NCBI GenBank assembly: GCA_965198175.1
Contig: OZ240245.1
Span: forward strand, 1,920,001-1,984,000
Direction: 5' to 3'
Source of the DNA: Candidatus Poribacteria bacterium
Lineage (GTDB): Bacteria > Poribacteria > WGA-4E > PCPOR2b
DNA: 64,000 nt
Part shown: piece by piece, positions 1-8,908 of the stretch
How the letters are laid out: every line of letters starts with the position of its first letter
How positions within the stretch are numbered: the stretch's first letter is position 1
Translations under genes and position numbers: made by a program
Notes under the pieces: generated by a model
The model's database searches: none
The model's input: the letters and a program-made list of their open reading frames with translations, nothing else
What the model was told of the DNA's origin: nothing

Positions 1-294
1 GAGGAAAACGTCGCCGGTTGTTATGCCCAGAAGCCCCTGAAAGCGATTCAGCGAATCGTGCAAACAAGCAGTAAAGAAGACGATCTCATTGTTGATTATT
101 TCTCCCATTCTGGAACAGTTCTAATTGCCGGAGAGCTTTATCGTCGGAGAGTTTACACTTTTGACATTGACCCTATCTTCGCGGAAATTACGATACGTCG
201 CCTGGAGCATTACCGAAAAACAGGCAAAACTGGCTGGCAGTGGCATAATCCTTTTCCGGAAATCGAATCGGATTTACCGGATTTATCGGAATAA
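1..294 (+). CDS. Site-specific DNA methyltransferase (N6/N4 family), C-terminal part; 5' end outside the window
   Basis: Frame is open from base 1 (EENVAGCYAQKPLKAIQRIV...). 'QKP', 'DLIVDYFSHSGT' (SAM-binding motif I variant) and 'DIDP' are typical of beta-class MTase C-termini. Confidence 0.8.
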   Translation, partial: EENVAGCYAQKPLKAIQRIVQTSSKEDDLIVDYFSHSGTVLIAGELYRRRVYTFDIDPIFAEITIRRLEHYRKTGKTGWQWHNPFPEIESDLPDLSE

Positions 295-322
295 CCTTCA
301 ATCTTAGAAGGAATAATTAAAA

Positions 323-3316
323 ATGGAAACTACTCGGATACCAGAGGTAAACTTACGTCCCGGCGAACAACTGCACGGCTTTGAAGTAAAAGCCGTCACA
401 CCGATTGACGAATTGCGGGCGGTGAACATTGCATTAACACATCAGCATAGCGGTGCTCGCCTGCTACATCTCTACACAAACGACACTGAAAATCTCTTCT
501 CTATTAATTTCCCGACGCCGCCATCGGACGATACTGGCGTACCCCATATCCTTGAGCACGCGGTATTGGCAGGATCACACAAATTTCCGCTTAAAGAACC
601 CTTTTTTGAAATGATTAAAATGAGCATGGCAACCTTTATTAACGCCATGACAAGTGCCGATTTTACCTGCTATCCGGTATCAAGCAATGTAAAAAAAGAT
701 CTCTTCAACTTAGCAGAAGTCTATTTTGACGCGGTCTTTCATCCGTTATTGACGGAAAATACTTTCAAGCGTGAAGGACATCACCTCGCACCAGTCGATC
801 CCGATATCCCCACTGGCGATCTAAAGATAACAGGTATTGTCTATAATGAGATGAAAGGGGCATTCTCAGATCCCGAAGCTCGGTTATACCGATCGGTGAT
901 GTGTAAGCTCCTTCCTGATACGCTCTACGCCTACGAATCTGGTGGTGATCCAGATGCCATTCCGGATTTGACATACGAGCAGCTCAAAGGGTTCCATGAA
1001 ACCTATTATCACCCAAGCAACGGCTATTTTGTCCTCTACGGCGACATTCCAACGAGCGATTATCTTGCCTTCCTTGCTGATAAGTTAGATAACATCCCGA
1101 AAAACGCTGCGAGTGATGCCTTGCGTCCATTGCGACCGGAGGTCACACACCAACCGAAGTGGAATGCTCCGCGGGTTGTAACGGATAGCTATCCTGTCGG
1201 GGCGGATGAGCCGCTTACGGAAAAGACGTATCTCATGCTCAGTTGGATTATCGGGGATGCGACGAACCCAGAAGAGGTTGTCTTGGGTCGAATCTTGAGT
1301 CTCATTTTGTTCGGCAATGAAGCTGCACCTCTCCGTAAGGCGATTATCGATTCCAAACTCGGTGCCGACATTGTATTTTCCGGTGCCAGTTCTATTGGAC
1401 CCGCAGCCACTTTTGACATCGCACTCAAGGGGAGTGAAGCGGATCGGGTTGAAGCGTTTACGCAACTGGTCAACGACACCCTAACACAGATTGCAGATTC
1501 AGAAATTGTTAGCGAAAAGGTGGAAGCAGCATTTCAACAAGCGACCTATCACTGTCAAGAGGTCGCGTCAATGTTCCCGCTCCGTATGCTCTACCGTGTC
1601 ATCCAAGGCTGGATATATGAAAAGGATCCCGATACCTTCCTGAAGATGGGGCAAAGCCTCGCTGATGTGCGTGAACAGTGGCTGGAAAATCCATCAATTT
1701 TCAGCCAATTGATCCGAGAAAGATTTATTGAGAACCCACATCGTCTGACAAATATACTATCTCCTGATCGGGACATGCAAGCACAAGCGGACACTGAACT
1801 CACCGAACGGATGAAGGAGACGCGGGCACAGTTGACTGATGACGAAGTACAGCGAATTGCCGCTGATGCTGCCGAACTTGAACGCCTTAATGGCGTCCCT
1901 AATTCGCAAGAAGCACTCGCAAACCTGCCACAACTCCAAGTCAGCGATCTCCCTGAAAAACCGAAACATATTCCTACAACGGTTGAAAATGTGAGTGGTC
2001 AGGATCTGTTCCGCAACGATGTTTTTGCCAACGGTGTTAACTACCTCGTGCTGAACTTCGATCTGCAAGGGTTGCCGGAGCATCTCTGGACTTATCTACC
2101 CAGATATGCAGATGCTATTAGCAAACTCGGTGCTGCTGAAATGAGCTATGAAGAGATGGCACAGCGAACATCGGCAGTCACCGGTGGTATTGGATGCGCA
2201 CCGTGGTTTTCTACACAGGCTCTTGATCCTAATCGTTCCATGCAGGGTCTGTCCTTTCACCTTAAAGCACTTGATAACAAAATGGATGCCGCGCTGGATG
2301 TTCTGCACGATCTACTTTTTGCAGTGAACCCACGCGACACGGAACGTCTCCGAGATGTCTTGGTTCAAGCCGTTGCGAATTATCAGACAGAGATGATCCA
2401 TGACGGCTCAAGTACCGCGATTCATCACGCTTCACGCGGCCTCTCACCGAACGGGCATCTTGCGGAAACCATCTACGGTCTACCACAGCTCCGCAATAGC
2501 GAAACGTCTCTTAACAGTTTTGACGAACTTAGCACCGACCTAATGGGTCACATCGAAGGGATTCGTGATTTCTTGCTAACACGTGGACGGGTGACCGCCA
2601 GTTTCACCGGTTCCGATACCGATTTTGAAACAATGCGAACAAAACTCAATGGGTGGCTTGACGCGATGCAGGATGAACCTGTTACTTCAGGATCAATTAC
2701 ATTCCTCCCGTTTGGGACACCACCGCGAGAAGGGTTAGCTGGTCCCATTCAGATTGCGCACTGTGCACACGTGATGCCGGCACCACACTATTCGCATCCG
2801 GATTCAGCACTGCTGACAATCGGTGCGCATCTCATCCGACTCGATTACATACTGAGCGAGATCCGTTTTAAAGGTAATGCTTACGGTGCGAGGTTCACCT
2901 ACAGTCCGTATGATGCATTGCTGTCTCAATCATCGTATCGTGACCCACACGTCGCACGCACGGTCAATGTCTTCGATCAAACCGTTGACTATATTAAACA
3001 GGTGGAATGGACACAGATAGACATAGACCGAGCGATTATCGCTACGGCGAAAGACGGCGAGAAACCGATCCGTCCTAGTCAAGCTTCAAGCGACGCACTG
3101 AGGCAACATCTTGTTGGGCAAACACGCGAGATGCGAGAGGAACGCTATGCGCAACTCCGACGTGCCACCCCTGCTGGGGTGAATCGTGCATTGCTCCAAC
3201 TCTTGGAGGAAAACGGAGATAAAGCTGCGGTGTGTGTCGTTTCGAGCCGTGAGAAATTGGAAGCTGCGAACAACGAATTGGCGCAACCTCTCGTCATTGA
3301 GGACATTTTAGCCTAA
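323..3316 (+). CDS. Insulinase-family M16C metallopeptidase (presequence protease-like)
   Basis: 997 aa; inverted zinc motif HILEH, 'TFINAMT', 'GIVYNEMKG', C-terminal 'IRFKGNAYG' and 'SYRDP'. Confidence 0.92.
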   Translation: METTRIPEVNLRPGEQLHGFEVKAVTPIDELRAVNIALTHQHSGARLLHLYTNDTENLFSINFPTPPSDDTGVPHILEHAVLAGSHKFPLKEPFFEMIKMSMATFINAMTSADFTCYPVSSNVKKDLFNLAEVYFDAVFHPLLTENTFKREGHHLAPVDPDIPTGDLKITGIVYNEMKGAFSDPEARLYRSVMCKLLPDTLYAYESGGDPDAIPDLTYEQLKGFHETYYHPSNGYFVLYGDIPTSDYLAFLADKLDNIPKNAASDALRPLRPEVTHQPKWNAPRVVTDSYPVGADEPLTEKTYLMLSWIIGDATNPEEVVLGRILSLILFGNEAAPLRKAIIDSKLGADIVFSGASSIGPAATFDIALKGSEADRVEAFTQLVNDTLTQIADSEIVSEKVEAAFQQATYHCQEVASMFPLRMLYRVIQGWIYEKDPDTFLKMGQSLADVREQWLENPSIFSQLIRERFIENPHRLTNILSPDRDMQAQADTELTERMKETRAQLTDDEVQRIAADAAELERLNGVPNSQEALANLPQLQVSDLPEKPKHIPTTVENVSGQDLFRNDVFANGVNYLVLNFDLQGLPEHLWTYLPRYADAISKLGAAEMSYEEMAQRTSAVTGGIGCAPWFSTQALDPNRSMQGLSFHLKALDNKMDAALDVLHDLLFAVNPRDTERLRDVLVQAVANYQTEMIHDGSSTAIHHASRGLSPNGHLAETIYGLPQLRNSETSLNSFDELSTDLMGHIEGIRDFLLTRGRVTASFTGSDTDFETMRTKLNGWLDAMQDEPVTSGSITFLPFGTPPREGLAGPIQIAHCAHVMPAPHYSHPDSALLTIGAHLIRLDYILSEIRFKGNAYGARFTYSPYDALLSQSSYRDPHVARTVNVFDQTVDYIKQVEWTQIDIDRAIIATAKDGEKPIRPSQASSDALRQHLVGQTREMREERYAQLRRATPAGVNRALLQLLEENGDKAAVCVVSSREKLEAANNELAQPLVIEDILA

Positions 3317-3345
3317 ACCTGTTTATGCAAGCATACCTTCGCTTG

Positions 3346-3369
3346 GTAGGTGCGGTTTAAAACCGCGCC
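3346..3369 (+). repeat. GTAG-type REP-like palindrome
   Basis: GTAG-GTGCGGTT-TA-AAACCGCGCC; near-identical to the copy at 14761. Confidence 0.65.
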
Positions 3370-3389
3370 GCCTTTAAATTAGAAAATAA

Positions 3390-4121
3390 ATGGAATTAAA
3401 TCGGACTTTGAAAATGAACCAAGAAGAATTACGCGCTTACCTTGAGCGTCTTATTGATGGTTTGGAGCGCGGAAATCAAGAATTGCTGCGAGTTCGGTTG
3501 GAGAGTCTTGTATCCGTTTTTCCCTTCAGTGAGTACGAGTATATAATCACCTTTCTTGTCGATCGCCACGTAATTTCATTCAACGAATATGAAGCACTCC
3601 GCGACAATTATGTATCTGCAAACCGTTATCTAGACCTTTTCAGTTTAGCTCCAAGGGTTTTCGGTCAAATTTGGGGTGAAAAGCACCTCATGGATCTTGA
3701 TGGAAGGTTCCAGAAACCAGGCAAGAATCTTGATCCTCAATACGAGGGGCAGTATGACCTCTGGCTTGAAGGAATTCGAGTTGAAGTCAAAGCCGCGCGA
3801 GCCATCCATACCAAAAAGCGTGGTGCTATGGCGTCTAAAGCACTTAACTGGGGCGCAGAAGCTCCTTTTTGGATGAATTATCAACAGCTAAGACTTGATA
3901 TTTGTGATGTTTTCGCCTTTATTGGTGTTTGGGTTGATTTAATCGTCTATTGGGTAATGTCCAACGAAGAAGTGAAGCAAAATAACTATCTCAGCCATCA
4001 ACATCGGGGTGGAATTGAGTATCAGATTGGTATCAGAAACAAAAATATCCAAGAATTCGATGCCTTTAAGGTTGATGCAACAGCATTGGCGCAAGCCGTC
4101 ATTAATAAAGCGAATAACTGA
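3390..4121 (+). CDS. Putative restriction endonuclease (PD-(D/E)XK fold)
   Basis: 'YDLWLEGIRVEVKA' catalytic motif; 'MNYQQ' and 'QHRG' segments; a DNA MTase lies nearby. Confidence 0.6.
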   Translation: MELNRTLKMNQEELRAYLERLIDGLERGNQELLRVRLESLVSVFPFSEYEYIITFLVDRHVISFNEYEALRDNYVSANRYLDLFSLAPRVFGQIWGEKHLMDLDGRFQKPGKNLDPQYEGQYDLWLEGIRVEVKAARAIHTKKRGAMASKALNWGAEAPFWMNYQQLRLDICDVFAFIGVWVDLIVYWVMSNEEVKQNNYLSHQHRGGIEYQIGIRNKNIQEFDAFKVDATALAQAVINKANN

Positions 4122-4224
4122 AGCATTGATACTCAGTTGATTTATACGTCATCTAGAGTTGCTTCTACAAGACAAAATTCTGTCGACTCGAGAGCGATGC
4201 AGAAAGGATTGGCATACTAAAATT

Positions 4225-5460
4225 ATGGTCAAGAACAATTGTCTGTTCTCGGAAACTGACTGGTTCGCAGTTGAGGCACATCGGCACAAAGAGTTGGAGA
4301 AGGAGGTAGCTGATATAGACGGAAATCGGTTACTCAATACATCTGTGGATGACCTTTGTGGGTATCTTGTCGAAAAGTACCGAATTGATGTCCCCATCCT
4401 CAATAAGGATAGGATTCACGTGGACCAGCGCGAAACACAGATCGACGTCAGTAGAGACCCAATGCGCGCCATTTCCGATCGAAGTCGACCATTTTACATC
4501 CCCGGTACCGAAATTGAAATCACTGTGGCATTCATAGGCGATGCCGAAGTATTCAGGTTTCGGCTACCAGCCTATGAACTCAATCCATCTCCACCACGTG
4601 GTAACGTCAAAGGTATGACTATTACCTTCTTTATTACCGGCGCGGATCTCGTAGCTAACGATGTGCGCCGGGAAATTGATAATACAGTGGATAGAATCGA
4701 CAGTCACCTGACACGCCTTCGTGGGAAGGTGGACATATTCGACAATAAGCTTGACTCGATCGTACGCCGATGTATTGAGCAGCGTCGCGAGAAACTCTTG
4801 GCGAACCAAAACCTCGTTGAGTCTCTGGGGTTCCCGCTAAGAGAACGCAATGATTCACCGAAAACATATCAAGCACCCGAAGTCCGTCGGAAGATTAATC
4901 CGACACTGCCCCTCGCAAGTTCAATGCCGTACAAACCGGAACCAACCCTTGATGAAGTAAATTACAAACACATCCTTGAAGTCATTGAAAACATGGCTCA
5001 AGTAATGGAATACAGCCCTTCAGCCTTCTCGGCAATGCCTGAAGAGACTTTGCGATGGCATTTCGTGGTTCAACTCAATGGACACTACGAAGGGCAGGCA
5101 ACTGCCGAAACATTCAATTACGAAGGAAAAACAGACATTTTGATTCGCTCTCAAGGGAAGAATATTTTCATTGCTGAATGTAAATATTGGGATGGCTCTA
5201 AAAAATTTATATATGCAATCGATCAACTTTTGAGTTATAGTTCTTGGCGCGATACCAAAGTGGCCATAATAATTTTCAATCGGCACAAGGAATTCACTAA
5301 GGTATTGGAGACCATAAAATTAACGACAAAAGCCCATCCGAACTGCAAACGAGAGCTGGACAAACGATCTGAGACCTCCTTCCGTTTTATCTTTTCACAC
5401 CGTGACGACACAAATCGAGAGCTTACAATTACCACAGTGGCATTTGATGTCCCAAAATGA
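4225..5460 (+). CDS. Hypothetical protein with coiled-coil region and C-terminal PD-(D/E)XK nuclease domain
   Basis: 'EETLR...GKTDILIRSQGKNIFIAECKYW...IDQLLSY' REase-like motif. Start placed at ATG 4225. Confidence 0.65.
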   Translation: MVKNNCLFSETDWFAVEAHRHKELEKEVADIDGNRLLNTSVDDLCGYLVEKYRIDVPILNKDRIHVDQRETQIDVSRDPMRAISDRSRPFYIPGTEIEITVAFIGDAEVFRFRLPAYELNPSPPRGNVKGMTITFFITGADLVANDVRREIDNTVDRIDSHLTRLRGKVDIFDNKLDSIVRRCIEQRREKLLANQNLVESLGFPLRERNDSPKTYQAPEVRRKINPTLPLASSMPYKPEPTLDEVNYKHILEVIENMAQVMEYSPSAFSAMPEETLRWHFVVQLNGHYEGQATAETFNYEGKTDILIRSQGKNIFIAECKYWDGSKKFIYAIDQLLSYSSWRDTKVAIIIFNRHKEFTKVLETIKLTTKAHPNCKRELDKRSETSFRFIFSHRDDTNRELTITTVAFDVPK

Positions 5461-5559
5461 CCTCATTCGCCGTTAGGTTATTTGACGCCGGTTGAATTTG
5501 AGAAACAATACTTGTCTTAATTTTGCTTATTTCTAGTCTAAATTACCGTTGACACTTCA
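5461..5559 (+). mobile_element. IS3-family remnant: last transposase codons plus right inverted repeat
   Basis: 5461-5520 translates PHSPLGYLTPVEFEKQYLS*, matching the IS3 OrfB C-terminal 'HSxLGYxTPxEFE'. It is followed by ...GTCTAAATTACCGTTGACACTTCA, which ends in CA as IS3 right ends do. Confidence 0.8.
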
Positions 5560-5678
5560 AATTGCCTCCGAAAAATGCGTAAAACCTGCATCAACGTTGC
5601 TTTGCAACAACGGGTGGCAATACACGTCGGTGGAGACATCAGATTAAAGGGATTATAGTGAAAAGGAGGAATTTCGTC

Positions 5679-5879
5679 ATGCAAGCTGTGCAAGAACTTC
5701 AATCAGCCGTTTCCCAACTTTCGGCAGAGGAACTTGCCCGTTTCAAGGCATGGTTTGATGAATACGATGCCGAAGTTTGGGATGGGCAGTTTGAAAAGGA
5801 TGTGGAATCAGGAAAGGTAGATCGACTTGCAAACCGTGCAATTGCAGATTTTCGGGCAGGGAAGCGCAAACAATTATGA
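5679..5879 (+). CDS. Putative type II antitoxin (copy A)
   Basis: 66 aa acidic protein after an AGGAGG RBS; its stop overlaps the toxin start (ATGA); 'WD-x-QFEKD...GKVD-x-LA' pattern. Confidence 0.7.
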   Translation: MQAVQELQSAVSQLSAEELARFKAWFDEYDAEVWDGQFEKDVESGKVDRLANRAIADFRAGKRKQL

Positions 5880-6040
5880 ATCACTTCGCAGACCTTTCAT
5901 TTTGGGAGTGTTATCGAAAACTCCCGCAAAATATTCAAGAACTGGTAGATGAAAATTTCAGACGCCTAAAGCGAGACTCGACACATTTATCCTTGCATTT
6001 GAAGAAATTCGGACGGTATTGGTCCGCATGCAAAATTTGA
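5876..6040 (+). pseudogene. Truncated RelE/ParE-like toxin (copy A)
   Basis: MNHFADLSFWECYRKLPQNIQELVDENFRRLKRDSTHLSLHLKKFGRYWSACKI* (54 aa); stops just after 'RYWS', so the C-terminal strands are missing. Confidence 0.65.
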
Positions 6041-6081
6041 TAGCTTCGAAAGCTAGTATAAATGATGGGAGACCAAACAAA

Positions 6082-7143
6082 ATGAACGAATTTGGCGAAT
6101 TGAAAAAAGTGCCACTGCGTGGAATATGGTCGCATGAGGCACACGACTTCACGCCGTGGCTGGCAGAAAATATAGAAGCGTTGGGAGTTGCACTCGGACT
6201 AGAGCTTGAACTCACCGGCAGAGAAGCATCGGTTGGCGGATTCTCTGCCGATTTGCTCGCCAAAGACTTGAATAGTTCGCGAACGGTCGTCATTGAGAAC
6301 CAACTATCCCAAACCGATCACGACCATCTCGGCAAACTCCCCACCTATGCTGCTGGATTCGATGCTTCAATCGTCATTTGGATTTTTGAGGAGATTCGGG
6401 ATGAACACCGTCAAGCATTGGAATGGCTAAATGAAAGAACGAATACAGAGACACACTTTTTTGGTGTCGAGGTGGAAATTCTGAAAATCGACGATTCAAA
6501 ACCTGCGGTTAACTTCAAACCAATCGTATTTCCAAATGAATGGCAGAAGTCTAAACGGCAGCAAATTTCAACGAACATATCACCTAAAGATGAGAAGTAT
6601 CAATCATATTTTCAATTCCATTACCCTACGTTGGCAATCGAATCCGTCGTGGTATCATCTAAAGATGAGGGGTATCAATCATATTTTCAAGGGCTCATTT
6701 GTTATTTAGAGGCAAAAGGCATATTAACCGGCGGTCACGCTGGTAGATCGAAGAATCGATACTCCTTTCCGTCCCGCATTAGCAATCCAGGCATTCCAAA
6801 GATCAGTTACCGAGTTGCCTTTCCAAAGGTTGGTAAGGTGTCCAAGGCATCCGCAAGCATATACATCGAAGGGGAAGACAAGAACCTCCTTTTTGATGCT
6901 TTAGGAAGTCGGAAAGCGGAAATCACATCCAAATTTGGGGGGCAACTTGAATGGGAATGCCTTGACGAGAGGAAACACGCAACAATTTCTGTTTATCGTG
7001 ATGGTGGCATTGGGTCGTCTGATAGTGAATTAGAAGAAATCAGAGAATGGCACATTGAAAATTTGTTAAAATTAAAAGAGGTGTTTACGCCGGAGATAGA
7101 GCGTGCATTGGAAGAAATAGGATTGACATCGGTGCCACAGTAG
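6082..7143 (+). CDS. DUF4268-domain protein with N-terminal NucS-like PD-(D/E)XK nuclease
   Basis: 'W-x-HEAHDFTPWLAENI', 'ADLLAKD...VVIENQL', 'DHDHLGKL' and C-terminal 'FGGQLEWE'. Confidence 0.8.
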   Translation: MNEFGELKKVPLRGIWSHEAHDFTPWLAENIEALGVALGLELELTGREASVGGFSADLLAKDLNSSRTVVIENQLSQTDHDHLGKLPTYAAGFDASIVIWIFEEIRDEHRQALEWLNERTNTETHFFGVEVEILKIDDSKPAVNFKPIVFPNEWQKSKRQQISTNISPKDEKYQSYFQFHYPTLAIESVVVSSKDEGYQSYFQGLICYLEAKGILTGGHAGRSKNRYSFPSRISNPGIPKISYRVAFPKVGKVSKASASIYIEGEDKNLLFDALGSRKAEITSKFGGQLEWECLDERKHATISVYRDGGIGSSDSELEEIREWHIENLLKLKEVFTPEIERALEEIGLTSVPQ

Positions 7144-7187
7144 AGAGTGCCAAATTGGTGGAGTATCGGATAGTGTATGTGGTGAAT

Positions 7188-7312
7188 CTTGAAATAAACT
7201 GAGACTTGTGTTAAGATTTCAAGTAGATGAGGAGCCGCTGTTTTCGTCTGGTTTGGCTTCGAAGCGTTGGATTTCATCTCAGATTATCTTGTGCGGCGTG
7301 AATTGTCACGCC
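7188..7312 (+). promoter_or_regulatory. Sigma70-like promoter plus structured leader (copy A of a 125-bp repeat)
   Basis: TTGAAA(7189)-17 nt-TAAGAT(7212); about 91% identical to 8732-8856; contains nested inverted repeats. Confidence 0.6.
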
Positions 7313-7412
7313 TGCCAACTGTTGTCCCTTTCTCACACCTACCGCACATGGAATCCACTCACAAAAAAAAGAGTCACTTCATTTCACCCGCTATAAGAAG
7401 GAGGTAATCGAA

Positions 7413-8210
7413 ATGAAAGTTACATTGACGTTTTTATCCATGGTATTCGGTCTCGTGGTTTTCGGATTTATACTGACTGTGGAAAGCGATGCAAAGGTTG
7501 AATCCGCTGGCGCTTGGCTTTTGGATGAAGCTAAAGGAAATAAGGTTGAAGACGTTTCCGGTAACGGCATCAATGGAGAAATCCAGGGTGGCTATAAATA
7601 CGTTAAAGGCCAGTTCGGAGATGCGTTGGAGTTTAATGGACAGGACACGCTTGTTCTGTTCGAGAATGGCGATCCGAATCAGGCATTTGTTCTCCACCGT
7701 GACAAGGATGTTTCATTAATATTCTGGCTCCAACCTTTTGATGTCGACCATAGATCCATTTTCTGGACAAGAGGTAATGCCGCCGATACAGATAGATTTA
7801 ATTTCTATTCAGGTCCTGGCGAAACGTTTGGGTTCGATTACAGGGAAGCGGATCGGGCGGCGATTCACCTTCTCAGCCAAGAGATAGAGCTTCCCCCAAA
7901 GGAATGGTCCCATCTTGCGGTCGTAAGAGAAAGTGAAAATTACAAGGTTTACAGAAACGGGAAGGTAGTCTCGCAGAAGACAGATGCAAGTCCAAAACTG
8001 CCTGAGGCTACAAGCTGGATGATGTCGGGCAGACTGAATTTTAATCTTTTCGGGCTCATGGACGAAGTCGCGTTCTTCGAGTTCGTTCTGAGTGAAGCCG
8101 ATATCGCCAACATTATGAATAATGGACTAGTAGAATTTGCCGTGGAGGTTGCTGTAAAACCTTCAGACAAACTCACGACGGCTTGGGCACGGTTGAAGAC
8201 CGGTAGATAA
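7413..8210 (+). CDS. Secreted LamG-like jellyroll protein with conserved C-terminal tail
   Basis: Signal peptide, 'W-x-LDE-x-x-G...D-x-SGNG', 'WSHLAVV', 'GLMDEVAFF'; tail AVKPSDKLTTAWARLK. Confidence 0.85.
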   Translation: MKVTLTFLSMVFGLVVFGFILTVESDAKVESAGAWLLDEAKGNKVEDVSGNGINGEIQGGYKYVKGQFGDALEFNGQDTLVLFENGDPNQAFVLHRDKDVSLIFWLQPFDVDHRSIFWTRGNAADTDRFNFYSGPGETFGFDYREADRAAIHLLSQEIELPPKEWSHLAVVRESENYKVYRNGKVVSQKTDASPKLPEATSWMMSGRLNFNLFGLMDEVAFFEFVLSEADIANIMNNGLVEFAVEVAVKPSDKLTTAWARLKTGR

Positions 8211-8369
8211 CGCCGCTTATGAGATTTAATCTAGATAGAGTATGCCTTATGGATAGATTTATGGTCTAGTTTGGCTAACAGTAAAGAAGGAAGACAACTT
8301 AGATTCAGTTGTAGTCTGCTTTGACAGATCTATAGAGAGGTTCCTGCTATCAGTAAATGGTTTTTCTAT

Positions 8370-8570
8370 ATGCAAGCTGTACAAGAGCTTCAATCAGACG
8401 TTTCCCAACTCTCGGCAGAGGAACTTGCCCGTTTCAGGGCATGGTTTGATGAATTCGATGCCGAAGTTTGGGATGGGCGGTTTGAAGAAGATGCAAAATC
8501 AGGAAAGTTAGATCGACTTGCAAACCGTGCAATTGCAAATTTTCGGGCAGGGAAGTGCGAACAATTATGA
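8370..8570 (+). CDS. Putative type II antitoxin (copy B)
   Basis: Close paralogue of 5679-5879. Confidence 0.65.
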   Translation: MQAVQELQSDVSQLSAEELARFRAWFDEFDAEVWDGRFEEDAKSGKLDRLANRAIANFRAGKCEQL

Positions 8571-8698
8571 ATCACTTCGCAGACCCTTGATATTGGGAGT
8601 GTTATCGAAAACTTCAGCAACATATTCAAGAACTGGCAGATGAAAATTTCAAACTCCTAAAGCGAGATTCGAGACATCCATATGAACGACTTTGGTGA
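8567..8698 (+). pseudogene. RelE/ParE-like toxin pseudogene (copy B)
   Basis: Codon 8 is TGA (8588) where copy A has TCA; homology to copy A ends near 8680. Confidence 0.7.
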
Positions 8699-8731
8699 AC
8701 TGTGAAGAGGGGGATGGTGTTTGGCGCGAGC

Positions 8732-8856
8732 CTTGAAATAATCTGGGACTTGTGATAAGATTTCAAGTAGATGGGGAACCGCTGTTTTCGACTGGTTTCG
8801 CCTCGAAGCGTTGGATTTCATCTCAGATTATCTTGTGCGGTGTGAAAAGTCACGCC
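8732..8856 (+). promoter_or_regulatory. Sigma70-like promoter plus structured leader (copy B)
   Basis: TTGAAA(8733)-17 nt-TAAGAT(8756); paralogue of 7188-7312. Confidence 0.6.
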
Positions 8857-8908
8857 GTACCGATTGTAACGTGTTACACATATCAATCTGTTGTCGAAGA
8901 GGAGAAGT

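Noticed and set aside
5472..5478. GTTAGGT as an attC core site
   Set aside because: It lies inside the IS3 coding remnant and has no matching inverse core or palindrome.
8588..8590. In-frame TGA in toxin copy B as selenocysteine
   Set aside because: It aligns with Ser (TCA) in copy A and the gene is also truncated downstream, so a nonsense mutation is simpler.
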